Shown: piece after piece, positions 53,115 through 64,000 of the stretch | Position numbering within the stretch: the stretch's first letter is position 1 | Layout of the letters: the number at the start of each line of letters is the position of its first letter | Assembly (NCBI GenBank): GCA_000091205.1 | Contig: AP006501.2 | DNA: 64,000 nucleotides | Reading direction: 5' to 3' (one strand) | Source: Cyanidioschyzon merolae | Lineage: Eukaryota | Position numbers and translations under genes: made by a program | Notes under the pieces: generated by a model | Database searches by the model: none | Told to the model about the DNA's origin: nothing | Seen by the model: only the letters and a program-made list of their open reading frames with translations

Positions 53115-54309
53115 ATGGATTCGGGACCAAGCAGTTAAATGGCACAACTTGCCTAGCGAGGCGTCCAGCGTTTCGTGCCAGAGACGGTGTAGGCGGTGCT
53201 CGTGCTCGTTACCTGCAATCACAGGTTTCGGATCAAGTGCAAGCGGTGGACGCTGGACCAGCGAGGCGTGGCGTTTACGTCATTTCCATGTGCCGACGCT
53301 GCGTGATACGAAAAAAACAACAGCATCGCCAGATGGTGCGCGTTTTTGGCGCGAGATAAGGCTCTTCCCCGGAACGCAAATCCTATTTCTCACAGGGCAT
53401 CTCCGCAGCTGGTGCCGATTCGAAGAGACCTTCATCCGCCAGCAGCCAAGGGTGCCGAATCGCGACTCCAAAACCCCCTGCTGGGTATTAAGTCGTCGGC
53501 GCCTCGCTGGACGCCTCATGTGCGCATCCGTTTCAGACTGCCTCCCGATGCCGAGCACGTGTCAGCGCGCATGCCACACGGAGCTGGCTTGCCTCTATCG
53601 GAACCAAGAAGTCGACTGCGACGGTCGCATACGGTCGAGGTGCATCTGGCAATCTTCTCGTTGGCGCATTGCCCGAGAAGCGGCTGAGAAGCACCGCCAC
53701 GAACGTCAACGAGGTCTTCCACTTGATTCTGGTTCTCGTTGCAGTGCGCGCATGCCACTATGGAGACAAGAGAACCGGCCCTTGCTTCCAGAGGGAATCC
53801 GCATAAGGTTTGCTGCTTTGGTGCAGCGTCATCTCAAACGCTCACGAATACGCTTTCTCAACGGGGTAATCGGGGATGAGGATCCTAGATACCGCCTGAT
53901 CTCCGGGCCGAGGTTCGCATACCTCGAGCGATTCCTGGAGCTGCCGCTCTGCTTGTAGGCACAGTGCGAGGCAAGCTGCTGCCATGATAAACGTAATCCC
54001 GATAGGTAGTGCCGCCGGATATGACCCTAAACGAAGTGTGTGTCTTTGTGGGTGCGCGGAGATTGGGCTACTCGTTTGTTGAAGCGGATGCGTGTCAACC
54101 AGCATGGATGCAGTTCCATCGGTGTGAGCTGGAGTGTGCAAAACACCGCATAGCCATTCCGTATCCATACAGCAGTAGCAGCAGCAGCAGCAGCAGCAAT
54201 CGTCAGTGAAAGAAAAAACTGTTTTTACGAACACGGACGGTAAATGAATATCAATATATGGACGCCTCCTAGCCGTTTTCGACCGGCCCCCTGTTATCGG
54301 TTCCAGTGT

Positions 54310-54480
54310 ATCCGCTGTACACCACGAGCCTGAGAGGTTGTGCGATAAAGTTAGATCACGTCAGCTCTGCGGCTCTCGTCTCCAGCACAGCATACTGCCT
54401 GATACTGGTAACAGCGTTGAATTCTCGGTTCACGAGCTCCTTGGGTTTATTGCCTCTGGTTGAACACATCCGTGCATGGA
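54310..54480 (-). mobile_element. solitary diverged fragment of a Fanzor/TnpB-like gene (RuvC-III region)
   Basis: Minus strand encodes ...RGNKPKELVNREFNAVTSIRQYAVLETRAAELT*SNFIAQPLRLVV, colinear with GKKHMEFVNRDFNAAINIRKCALLEKRPPQLSRENFLGQPLKVEL. The listed plus-strand ORF 54306-54512 is its antisense frame. Confidence 0.5.
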
Positions 54481-55010
54481 TCACTAGATCTCGTACCCTC
54501 TGTGCCACTTAAGTCTAGCCTACTTCCCTCTTCTTCTTCATATCACTCGCTCTTCTTCGCTCGATAGTTGGAGCGAAGCGAATTTTTGTCGTTGTTTTCC
54601 GGCACCCGGCGAGGAAGGCACTCCAGGAGCCCCGACGCTCACGTTCATACCTCTGTATTTTTATTTCGTTACATGAACGCACTTTGAACACACCTGCTCG
54701 ATACCACGAAAAAGCACATTCTTCCACGCACCTGAGGCTCAATCATAATCGGAATGAAAGATGCTATGCAGCGCTCATATCCCGCTTTACGTATGAAACG
54801 TTGCCCGTCGTAACGCGGGCTGTACGATGAGGGCGCTCGACGCGGGGCACACGCGTCAGGCGCGTGCAGCACCATCGTGAACAGTTAGGGTTTGGCTGTT
54901 TTCGCTGACGTACCATACGAGAACGTTTGGGATCAGAGGCTTGACTTGGCCTAGACTTTGGCTTGAGATCCGCACGCGTTGCGGAGCACCATTACAATAG
55001 TTACGTCGTT

Positions 55011-56294
55011 ATGTTTGTAGTCGTGCCTGGGAACGCCTGGCGCTTGCCCCGTCCTCGGGGCGGTTTGCACCGTCGCCCTACCTGGAGACTTTCCCTGATT
55101 CACGGGAGCGAGGACGGTCAACATGCGCTGACGAGCTCAGGTACAGCACGGAACGCCGCTTCACCGGCGACGAGCACGACCGCGACTGCAACGACGGCGC
55201 GCGTGGCAAACCGGGGCACCGCTGGCAGCGCCTCCTTCCTGGAGCCACGTTTTCAAGGCCGAACTGGTCTCATTCTGGTAAACATCGGGACACCGGCGAG
55301 TCTGAACGTTGCTGATGTGCGGCGTTACCTACGCGAGTTTCTCGGCGACGACCGGGTGGTCGACATCCGACCCAAATGGCTCAAGACGATTTTGCTGCAA
55401 GTGCTGCTCCTCACTCGACCAGCAAAGTCAGCGGAAGCTTACGCGAATATCTGGGATAAGGAGACAGGCTCGCCGCTGTTGCACTATTCTCAAGAACTTG
55501 CGACAAAGATACAAAAGCGGGTCGGCAATGGCTACGCAGTCGCTGTCGGCATGCAGTTTGGTGAACCGAACCTGGTCTCGGTGATGCACGATTTTCGTCG
55601 ACGCGGTATCGATCGAATGATTATCGTACCGATGTTCCCGCAGTACGCGAGCAGTACCACTGGGAGTGCCAGCGAGATGGCTTATCATACCGCGAGCAAA
55701 CTGTACTCTACACCGTACCTGCACATCGTGCCGGCATTCTATGACCATCCCGCCTACATACAAGCCTATGCGAACGTAATCGAACGAGTCATTGGGCCGC
55801 GAGGATCACGACGCGTAGATCACCTTCTGTTGAGTTTTCATGGTGTCCCTGAAAAACACTGTCAACAAACTGATGATACTGGTTTAGTTTGTATGCAGCA
55901 AGAGCATTGCTGCAGCGCGTTGGTGCAAGCGAATCGCAACTGCTATCGGGCGCAGTGTTTCGCTACTGCCCGCGCTCTAGCACAGACGCTGGGCTTGGCA
56001 CCTCACGAGTACTCGGTGTCGTTCCAGAGTCGCTTGACTGCTGCTGGACCAGAGTGGATTAAGCCGTATACCGATGAAGTGTTGACGATATTGCCGAAAC
56101 AGGGTGTGCGGCGCCTTGCTGTCGCCATTCCGTCTTTCGTTACAGACTGTCTGGAGACGCTCGAGGAAATCGGGATGCAAGGGCGAGAAGAATTCCTCAA
56201 TGCGGGCGGGGAAGAATTTTACCTGGTGCCGTGTCTGAATGATTCCCAAGAATGGGCCGATGCCTTGCTGCGTATTATCGAGGACTCGTGTTGA
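55011..56294 (+). CDS. FECH: ferrochelatase with N-terminal extension (likely organellar targeting)
   Basis: GLILVNIGTPAS, MIIVPMFPQYASSTTGSA, LLLSFHGVPEKH, ...SFVTDCLETLEEI. The track begins at TTG 54963; first ATG at 55011. Confidence 0.8.
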   Translation: MFVVVPGNAWRLPRPRGGLHRRPTWRLSLIHGSEDGQHALTSSGTARNAASPATSTTATATTARVANRGTAGSASFLEPRFQGRTGLILVNIGTPASLNVADVRRYLREFLGDDRVVDIRPKWLKTILLQVLLLTRPAKSAEAYANIWDKETGSPLLHYSQELATKIQKRVGNGYAVAVGMQFGEPNLVSVMHDFRRRGIDRMIIVPMFPQYASSTTGSASEMAYHTASKLYSTPYLHIVPAFYDHPAYIQAYANVIERVIGPRGSRRVDHLLLSFHGVPEKHCQQTDDTGLVCMQQEHCCSALVQANRNCYRAQCFATARALAQTLGLAPHEYSVSFQSRLTAAGPEWIKPYTDEVLTILPKQGVRRLAVAIPSFVTDCLETLEEIGMQGREEFLNAGGEEFYLVPCLNDSQEWADALLRIIEDSC

Positions 56295-56520
56295 GCGCGC
56301 AGCCTCTGTGTCTGCGCTGCTGTAGAAGCGCACATACCCGGCTTCGATGTATATGGTAGGCGCTGCGCTCATAAACGTGCCTCGGGGATTCAGAGTCCGT
56401 AGCGATCTATGGTATCGGACGTTTCGTTTATGAACCAGACACCTTGTAGCGCTATTGTAAACGTGCCGAGTGCCTGGTCGGCTTGATGCAAGTTCCCGAC
56501 TGTCTCGCGTTGGCGTCTCT

Positions 56521-59427
56521 TCAAGCCGGGCGCGAAGGCTCCTCATCGTTGTTTTCCGCGCCTCCGAAACAGCAGACACCGCATATGCTGCGAAACCATG
56601 AAGCGCTGCGCCCTCCGCCACGGTTATTCCACTGTCCGCGACGTTGCACTCGTGCCTGACGTCCAGAACGACGCAGTCCGGTACGCTCGGATGCAGCAGG
56701 GGCCCCTGCATCACTCGTTTCGGTGGATGAGCGGGCATCCGCGAGCGCTGCTTCCAACTCCGGATCGACGGGGAGGCGCTCCAGTCGACAAGCCGCGTCT
56801 CGATCATCCAATGCTTGGAGCGCTTGCATGTAAGTGGTCGGCACCAGCATGCCACTGCCGCCAAGAATGATATCCTGACCGGTTCGACTCATCACTTGTG
56901 CCGCGGACCGTGCTTCACTGTAGCTGATGCCGCCAGCGACAAACACAACGAGTCGCGGGGTGCGCTCCACGTAGTCGTCAGCAGCACCAGCAGCAGCAGC
57001 TGCAGCAGCAGCAGCTGGTGACCCGCTGGCACCGCCTCCTGCCGTCTCCACTTTCAGGGGCGACGACTGTGCACGCTGCACACTGGCAGCGTCCGTGGTG
57101 CTCAACGCACGTTGGCTTCCACGTCGACGTGCTCCAGCAGGCGTCGAAAAGGTTGCTCCTGGTGACCTATGCGCGTCGACAGTTGCCCCTGCGCTGGATC
57201 CGGTGCTCATGGACTTGGTACGCTGGATGCGCTGTGTAGCAGACTTCCCCGGTCGTCGATTCGACCCAGCAACAAACGAACTCGGCTGCTTTGGCGTCGT
57301 GTGCTCGTCGCTTTCGGTGCCAGTGTCGCTTTCAGTGCTCGATGCATTCGCGCCTGCTGATGTGCGTCCATCCGAGGCATTCACCTGGTGATCAGAGACC
57401 AAGGGCCATTCCGAAGCTCGCAAACGTCCATCCGCAAAGTCCTGCATGACGGATCGGAAGGCAGGCACATAGCGGCTGAGGGTGTACGGGACGTCTGCCT
57501 GTTGCATGCGCATTCGGTGCAGCTTGCGCTCTCGGCGCCGCCATTGACGCCGTTTCCACCAGTTCTTCGGTGCGTACTCATTGACGGGTGCACGGAAACT
57601 GACCAATGTCTTCGCTCCGTTCAGGAGGTGCTCAACGGACCCAGACGAAACCCTCGCGCGCTGCATCATCATGCGCTCATCGAAGAGCGCTGCGGATTCA
57701 CACTGACCGGTATACTTTGCGAGCATGGCGATCAGCACGAGACGCACACGCTCGGAATCCGGTAAAGCGATCGCTTGAGGTGCCTTTGAGGCATCCGCCT
57801 TGTCTCTGGTGCTCGAGGGTCTCTCGGTGCGCTGGATGTCGGGAAACAGGCGAAGGAGCGCCTGCTCGAGGGCTTCGCGGCGCACCCGGTGCCCTTCCAG
57901 ATCACGACCACAGGCAAGATCCTGTTCGAGACTCGCCACCTCTTCGAGATGACGTTCGTGAAACGCCCGCATGCACTGGCCTGCCAAGTACGTGTGCAGC
58001 GAGAATGCGCTCAGCTGTTCTCTGTACTGTGGGAGCGCACGAATCGCCGCACCGAGCTGCTTCAAGTTAATCTGCTGCGTACCGGGGCTACTGGCGCTAG
58101 TCTTATCGAGGCCATCAGTGCCGCCGCTGTTCGCGTTGCCATCAGCGTCATCTTTTCGGGCCTTGGTCATTTGCAGGCGAGCAGCTGGATTCGTGTCCAG
58201 AAACCTCTGAAACGCACTCGTCAGCGCTGGTATCGCGTCCGCCATGTGCAGATAGCGAATCGATCGGAAGAGTGCGTCATTCTCGACGTCGTCGATGACC
58301 ACCTCTCGCGACTGTTCACGGCCGCTGCTGTCGAAGAACGGGTGCCGTAGACGTGCACCACCAGCATGCGACCGATCGATTTCGTCAGCAAGAATATCCA
58401 TAACCATCGCCTGGTAAGTGAATTCATGAATCACCGGAGCCAGCGGATCATACGAGCGATCTGCGATCAGCAGTGTCCACGGTACTGGTGTTCGACTCGC
58501 TTCCGCTGCGCCTCCACCGGGCAGCATGCGACGAGCTTGGGAGCGTTGCGTACGCAGCGATACCTGCTTGTTCAGATCAGCGCTATGGGGTAACGCTCGG
58601 GCCCGAGCGTGCGTTGCCAGTGCTCGCTCAAGCTGGTGCGCCATCCACTTGGAAAGCGGCGCGTCTACCGCGAAACGAATCAGCGGCCGTGCTCCAATGG
58701 TGCAACACAGCGAGACCAGTTGCTCGACCTGGGTTTGCATCTCATTCACCATGCTGCCCTGGTCGGGGCAGTAGAGACGGTGCAGGGCCCCAAACGGACG
58801 ATCAAGGCTGAAGTAGCGTTCGTCTAGTGCCAGAAAATCGAGGTCCAGATCCACGCTCGCTACTACACGATCCCTGATGCTCTCCGGGAACACGTACTGA
58901 AGCGACGAGGCACCTGCCTCTGGAGCCAACGGGCGACCCAGTCCAGGCAACTGGGCTGCCAGCGACGAAGCATCTCGCGTGAAGTAGACGTGAATCGCGG
59001 CGTATTCATTTCGAGAAGGTTTCGATAAATAGGTGAAGGACTCAACGACAGGTCGCAGAATATAAATGGCATGCATTCTGGGAAATTTCTCTCGCGGTAA
59101 TTCGAGACGCTCGACAAGCGCGACACCCTCGTTGAGCAGATCCGATAAGCGCATTGCAGCGGATACAATACGTAGGGCATAGCGATCAAGGACCAGAAGC
59201 ATCCACTCGCGTTGTGCATCGACCGGTTGAGGGTGCTCCGTCGAGCGTACCCCAGTCCGAGCCCGTTCGATTTCGCGAAGGCGTTTCAGGCTAGCCTGAA
59301 TGACCAGGCGATGGAAACGCTCTCGCACAAGACTACGGATACCGGGTTGCAGGACGCTATCGTCGTCGACGGGGCCAAGGTCGAACACCGGCGACGATAC
59401 CGCCGGCACTTGAACATCGATCGGCAT
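56521..59427 (-). CDS. Sec1/Munc18 (SM) family protein, Vps45/Sly1-like, with long low-complexity insertion
   Basis: WMLLVLDRYALRIVSAAMRLSDLLNEGVALVERLE...MHAIYILRPV (domain 1), LLIADRSYDPLAPVIHEFTYQAMVMDIL, C-terminal VVFVAGGISYSEARSA...DIILGGSGMLVPTTYMQAL. A ~250-aa Ser/Ala/Gly-rich insert includes poly-Ala. Track start is GTG 59637; first ATG at 59427. Confidence 0.7.
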   Translation of the reverse strand: MPIDVQVPAVSSPVFDLGPVDDDSVLQPGIRSLVRERFHRLVIQASLKRLREIERARTGVRSTEHPQPVDAQREWMLLVLDRYALRIVSAAMRLSDLLNEGVALVERLELPREKFPRMHAIYILRPVVESFTYLSKPSRNEYAAIHVYFTRDASSLAAQLPGLGRPLAPEAGASSLQYVFPESIRDRVVASVDLDLDFLALDERYFSLDRPFGALHRLYCPDQGSMVNEMQTQVEQLVSLCCTIGARPLIRFAVDAPLSKWMAHQLERALATHARARALPHSADLNKQVSLRTQRSQARRMLPGGGAAEASRTPVPWTLLIADRSYDPLAPVIHEFTYQAMVMDILADEIDRSHAGGARLRHPFFDSSGREQSREVVIDDVENDALFRSIRYLHMADAIPALTSAFQRFLDTNPAARLQMTKARKDDADGNANSGGTDGLDKTSASSPGTQQINLKQLGAAIRALPQYREQLSAFSLHTYLAGQCMRAFHERHLEEVASLEQDLACGRDLEGHRVRREALEQALLRLFPDIQRTERPSSTRDKADASKAPQAIALPDSERVRLVLIAMLAKYTGQCESAALFDERMMMQRARVSSGSVEHLLNGAKTLVSFRAPVNEYAPKNWWKRRQWRRRERKLHRMRMQQADVPYTLSRYVPAFRSVMQDFADGRLRASEWPLVSDHQVNASDGRTSAGANASSTESDTGTESDEHTTPKQPSSFVAGSNRRPGKSATQRIQRTKSMSTGSSAGATVDAHRSPGATFSTPAGARRRGSQRALSTTDAASVQRAQSSPLKVETAGGGASGSPAAAAAAAAAGAADDYVERTPRLVVFVAGGISYSEARSAAQVMSRTGQDIILGGSGMLVPTTYMQALQALDDRDAACRLERLPVDPELEAALADARSSTETSDAGAPAASERTGLRRSGRQARVQRRGQWNNRGGGRSASWFRSICGVCCFGGAENNDEEPSRPA

Positions 59428-60830
59428 CCTGGGGTTGACGTCGCCCCTAGATGACGTTGATGCAGAGATAATGCAGTGCTGGGGGGTAGTCGCACCAGAG
59501 CTTTCCGAAATATGGCAAGCCGCTCCGGGGATACGCTCGACACGGGACTCGTATGGTAAAACGAGCCGCGCGAGGCTCCCGAGGTCCTCGATCAAGTCCC
59601 TCGCGGATGTACGATGAACACAAAGTGACTCGTGCACTCACTGACAGACGAACTCAGTGAATCTCGGTTTGAATGCCTGTCTGCCTCACGAGTAGCTACA
59701 CTGCGCGTTTCGCTCGGAAGCGAGCTTCGGAGTGAAAGATACCCGCAGCGGCGCCTTTCCCGTGAAAATCCCTCTCGAGCCCGCTTCCAGCGAGCACGCT
59801 CAGAACCTGCGTTAGCCGCCAGGTCGTGCAAGGCCGCCGTTTCAACGAGCCCGTCAACTACCCAGACCTATCAGGGAAGTCAGCGTTGACGCCTAAAGGC
59901 CGCTGTCGCGTCAAACTGCTCACAAGTGCAATGTCGCGATCGCTCCCCTACAAGAGCGGTCGCCAAAAAATAAATATTCTGCAAGTGCCAGAGACTGCCA
60001 AGGAAAACGTTGAAAACTGCTGACCCGACGTGTCAGTGCTCGCACAAGACGTGCACCTACGGTTACCGTTTCGTGCAGCCAAGGACCTATCACAGGCGTC
60101 TCCAACTGCGTCACGGAAATAGCTACGTTCCGGACACCAGCGCTTCCGTATGGCCTTGGCGAATCTGCACTAGACACCGAGCGCCAAAGCTCGTATGGAC
60201 TCGCGGCAAACGTGGATGTACGCTCCCTCGATTGCGGTGTCCAGTGAAGAAGCCTAGTGCGACACCAGCGCCGCGCTGCTCAGTTCTCGTCGTCAGAGGC
60301 GTTGCAGACACCCCTGCGTCGCCCGTTCTCGAAGCACAACTTGGACCCAGAACGCCGGTTTCACCGGTCCGCAGAAGCCACCGTCTAACCGTGCAGTACG
60401 GAATCACACCAAACACGTTCAGAAGCGTGTTCACGAAGGCTTGGTTCGCGTCCTCTGCGATAACGCGTTTATCGCGAAGAAGAAGCGGAACCTGCGCTAA
60501 CGATGATACTCGTCGATGCGTTACGCGGCTCGAGATACGGCTGGCATCCACGGGCGCAACGACAAGCCTCTTTACCTGGAAAAGTTTGTTGTGGAATGTC
60601 GGCGACGGTTTCCTCTTAAAACAAAGTGCTTGTTTCCTAGAGACTGCTGTCCGTCATTCGGGAGCGTGAGCTAGGCGTTACGTACCGCATACTCGCCAAG
60701 CACGAGTGTCGCTTGCTCGAACAGACACCGCTGGGCAGCGTCACGCTTCGTTGAACGGTCGGAAAAGCGGGCCCCTGTGAGACCAGCACCCGATTCACAC
60801 ACGTGCCCAGTGGGTCACGCTGGTGTGGCT

Positions 60831-62399
60831 ATGGAGCATGCGAACAAGTCAGGCGTTCAGCGCTGGAAAGCGTTACCTCCGGCGGCTGACTCGGTTCTGG
60901 AGTGCATCGGGGGTACGCCGCTCGTACGGCTCTCGCGAGTTGAACGTGCGCTCGATGTTGCATGTAAGTTGTACGGCAAGTGTGAGTTCTTGAACGCTGG
61001 TGGAAGCGTGAAAGATCGCATCGCGGTCCGCATGCTTCTCGAAGCGGAACGACAGGGGCGAATCAAACCCGGTGACACGTTGATCGAGCCCACGAGTGGC
61101 AATACTGGCATCGGAATCGCCCTTGTTGCAGCTGTTCGGGGTTATCGCTGCATCATTACCATGCCAGAGAAGATGAGCGAGGAGAAGGTGAACATTCTCA
61201 AGCTTTTGGGCGCTGAAATCGTTCGCACACCCACTGAGGCAGCCTTCGACTCGCCCGATAGCCACATTTCAGTGGCGCGCAGGCTCACCGCTGAGATACC
61301 CAACTCTTTTATCCTGGACCAGTATCAGAACCCGGAGAATGTCTTGGCACATTATCACGGGACAGCTGCTGAAATTCTAGAGCAAGTTCCGGAAGGCCGA
61401 GTCGACGTGTTTGTGGCGGGTGCCGGCACCGGAGGCACCATCACCGGGTGCGCTCGTCGCTTCAAGGAGCAAGCGCCCGCCACCAAAATCGTTGGTGTAG
61501 ATCCAGAGGGTTCCATCCTTGCCCAGCCGGAGGCACTGAATGCAAAAGGTGTCCATTCGTATGCGGTTGAAGGCATAGGATACGATTTCGTTCCGGGAGT
61601 TTTGGATCGCTCGCTGGTGGACCTCTGGGTGAAGACCAGTGATCGCGAGTCCTTCTGTGCTGCACGTCAACTGATAGCGCTCGAGGGGCTTCTGGTCGGT
61701 GGCTCAAGTGGAGCAGCACTCGTTGGGGCGTTACGCGCCCTCGACCAGTTAGACCTACGCCAACGCACTGATGTCGTGGTTGTGCTCATCCTGCCCGACA
61801 GTTGCCGTAACTATATGAGCAAATTCGTTTCAGATTCGTGGATGATGAAGCATGGATTTCTCGATGACGTGACGCCGCGAGAGCTTTGGGAAGCGTATCC
61901 GGTCTCTCGTTTGCCGCTGCAGGTCCCGGTCACCGTTTTGCCGTCGGTCAGCTGTGGAGACGCGGTCAAAGTGCTCGCTGAGAACGGCGTCGATCAGTTG
62001 CCCGTGGTGGCTGAAGGGGAGATTCTCGGTGTTGTGACGGAGGGCAACCTCATGGCGCAGCTTGTTTCAAAGCGCGTATCGCCGAACGATCCGGTTTCCA
62101 AGGTCATGTTTCGACAGTATGCGAGCATCACGCCGTCCACAACGTTGGGCGAACTCTCACGCCTTTTCAAATTCGATCATTTTGCGATTGTCTCAGCAGC
62201 GCAGCGGGAGTATCGAAATAACGGGGAATGTGTCCTGAAAAAGATCGTGCTAAGCGTCTGCACACCGATTGACCTGCTGAGCTTCCTCGTCAAGGCCGGA
62301 TTTGAGCCTCCGGAGGCAGCGTCGTCGCAGTCACCAGTACCGTTGCGAACCCGTCGGCAGCATGAATCGAATCACGTCGATGCTTGCCTGAACGCGTAA
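60831..62399 (+). CDS. CBS: cystathionine beta-synthase (PLP fold type II + C-terminal CBS pair)
   Basis: IGGTPLVRLSRV, GGSVKDRIA, EPTSGNTGIGIALVAAVRGYRCIITMPEKMS, GTAAEILEQ, VDVFVAGAGTGGTITG, then two CBS motifs (VSCGDAVKVLAENGVDQLPVV...). Track start is GTG 60777; first ATG at 60831. Confidence 0.8.
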   Translation: MEHANKSGVQRWKALPPAADSVLECIGGTPLVRLSRVERALDVACKLYGKCEFLNAGGSVKDRIAVRMLLEAERQGRIKPGDTLIEPTSGNTGIGIALVAAVRGYRCIITMPEKMSEEKVNILKLLGAEIVRTPTEAAFDSPDSHISVARRLTAEIPNSFILDQYQNPENVLAHYHGTAAEILEQVPEGRVDVFVAGAGTGGTITGCARRFKEQAPATKIVGVDPEGSILAQPEALNAKGVHSYAVEGIGYDFVPGVLDRSLVDLWVKTSDRESFCAARQLIALEGLLVGGSSGAALVGALRALDQLDLRQRTDVVVVLILPDSCRNYMSKFVSDSWMMKHGFLDDVTPRELWEAYPVSRLPLQVPVTVLPSVSCGDAVKVLAENGVDQLPVVAEGEILGVVTEGNLMAQLVSKRVSPNDPVSKVMFRQYASITPSTTLGELSRLFKFDHFAIVSAAQREYRNNGECVLKKIVLSVCTPIDLLSFLVKAGFEPPEAASSQSPVPLRTRRQHESNHVDACLNA

Positions 62400-64000
62400 G
62401 GTCCGCAAACGTGTCGACGGACGCCCGTAGGACTGCTCAGAGAGGCCATTCCACACGTCTTTTTCAAACTGATGGGTACACGTTTGCGTTGCAATGCGGT
62501 ATCGCCGTCGGTCGAGTGATTCCTCAACCGCTCCGCATCGCTGCAGCGAGAGCTTCTCTTCGTGATGATATGTACGAACAGCGGGTCGCTCAATGAGCCA
62601 ACATCATTACCGGCTGGAAAGGATTTTGCTTTCTCTGACGGGAAGCAGTGGATTGGCTGCTTCTGGGGCTATCGTCTGTGACGACGACGTGCTGATGCAC
62701 GTTTCCAGAGAGCGGTACTGATCTCGAAACATGTCCGAATGGGCAGAACCGGTGCATGCTCCGGGAACAACGCGACTTTATGGTGCGACCTGGCCAAGTC
62801 GCTGCACATTCGGTGCTCTGAAAGAGCAGCACAGGCACAGCATTCGCTCTGGTCAAAACGCGATGCACCTTGTACGCATGGACGAGGTCTGCCAAGGAGA
62901 ACGCGATGCGGTTGCGCTGTCTATGATGAACTGGCAAGAGCCGCCAGATGAGAGCCGATGCCGCGGGTGTGTTTCATGGCCATCGTGGCCCCGTGCGCCA
63001 GCTGCAGCGATGTACCCAGCACCGCAGCATGTGCCTGCAGGGTCCGGCTCGCAGAGTCGATCAGAACTGAATATGAGACGCGCGTCGTGGTCTAAAGCTC
63101 GTCGACACTAGGAGCATCTGCACGGGCGCTGTGGTGCCTCCACTGGTTACGGGCTTTTGTCAAGGATGTATGCAGGAGTTCCTGGTGTCAATCCATCGAA
63201 TCTCTGTAGTAAATAACGCACTGTCATGCGATATTTGCACGCGACAGAGACATTCATCTGCAGGCAGAACGATCGGCATCGTTGTTCTTGTACTTGCATT
63301 GACCGTGGATGCCACTGGACGCTTTCCTGTGCAGCGTTGCGAAGCAAAAAGTGTCGCGTCGACGACAGCTGTGCGTTTGCAAGTACAGCGCTCGTTATGC
63401 ATGCTCATTTTCTACGAATAGTGTGTGTTGAACCCCATGTGCTCTGGGCATATCGGGCATGATGCTGTGTCGACTACCACGCAGGAATATTCTTGGCGTG
63501 TCGCAGGTGCTGGGAATCCCGCCTAGTGTTTCTCTCGGATGACGTTGGGAGATTGACGTCGACGCCCAGGTCAACGAATCCTGACAGCTGATGAGCACGC
63601 CTGGGCCGCACCATAGAAATGTATGTGTAGGCGCAGGCTCTGGTGCCGTGCGGAATGGAGGAAGCGATGCGCTCCTCTCACAGATCATCGGCAGCGGAGC
63701 GTTCGTCGACCTTATTCGGACTGGAGTGATGAAGGGAGAGCGGCTGTGAGCAGTGCTCACATCTACGGGCTCTCACGGAGTGTTTCACTTGAAGCATGGA
63801 TCGTTTCAACGGCCGTGTACGTGCTGCCTTGACAGATGCTGTGCATCGCTACCGTACGATGTGCCAGAAAATCCGGATGATGAGGACCAGGGACAAACTC
63901 GCGCGTGGACGCTCCGCAGAGGAGGCAATCGCGTTTGAAGAAAAAGGGATGGCGATGATGCACTTGAATCGGAGTTTTGTCTGCTGGAAAATACAGCGTA

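Noticed and set aside
1-64000. Prokaryotic interpretation of the window (high GC, long ORFs, track using GTG/TTG starts).
   Set aside because: Gene content is eukaryote-specific (FACT/Pob3, VPS52, Sec1/Munc18, CM1 centrosomal protein, DPH3, Dim1, eukaryote-type ProRS). Coding density is ~50% with long intergenic gaps. Coiled-coil and low-complexity proteins and microsatellites are abundant.

Overview
The window reads as nuclear DNA from a GC-rich (~58-60%), intron-poor eukaryote, not a prokaryote. Recognisable single-exon genes lie on both strands at roughly one per 2.5 kb and include eukaryote-specific machinery: a FACT SSRP1/Pob3 subunit, VPS52, a Sec1/Munc18 protein, a CM1-motif gamma-tubulin-anchoring coiled-coil protein, DPH3, and a Dim1/TXNL4-like protein. 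Housekeeping enzymes are present too: eukaryote/archaeal-type prolyl-tRNA synthetase, ferrochelatase, cystathionine beta-synthase and glucosamine-6-phosphate N-acetyltransferase. The provided ORF track marks GTG/TTG as 'M', so several gene starts were moved to the first in-frame ATG. The most unusual content is a family of eukaryotic TnpB-like (Fanzor-type) RNA-guided-nuclease elements, identified by the RuvC-III signature NRDFNAAINI and a RuvC-I-like [10 protein letters not shown]. There are two diverged, pseudogenised near-full-length copies (~2.2 kb each) arranged head-to-head around a ~1.1 kb AT-richer spacer (3.9-9.4 kb). A palindromic pair of 5'-truncated 3'-end fragments (29.75-30.55 kb) makes up almost the entire bidirectional intergenic region between DPH3 and a divergently transcribed gene. 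Two further solitary RuvC-III fragments lie at 16.0 kb and 54.3 kb. Three of the element 3' ends sit 90-150 bp upstream of a host gene start on the same strand. Also present are a ~320 bp dispersed repeat (2 copies), a 110 bp x2.9 minisatellite and several micro/minisatellites, some of them translated as low-complexity tracts. Identifications rest on motif recognition by eye; no database search could be run.
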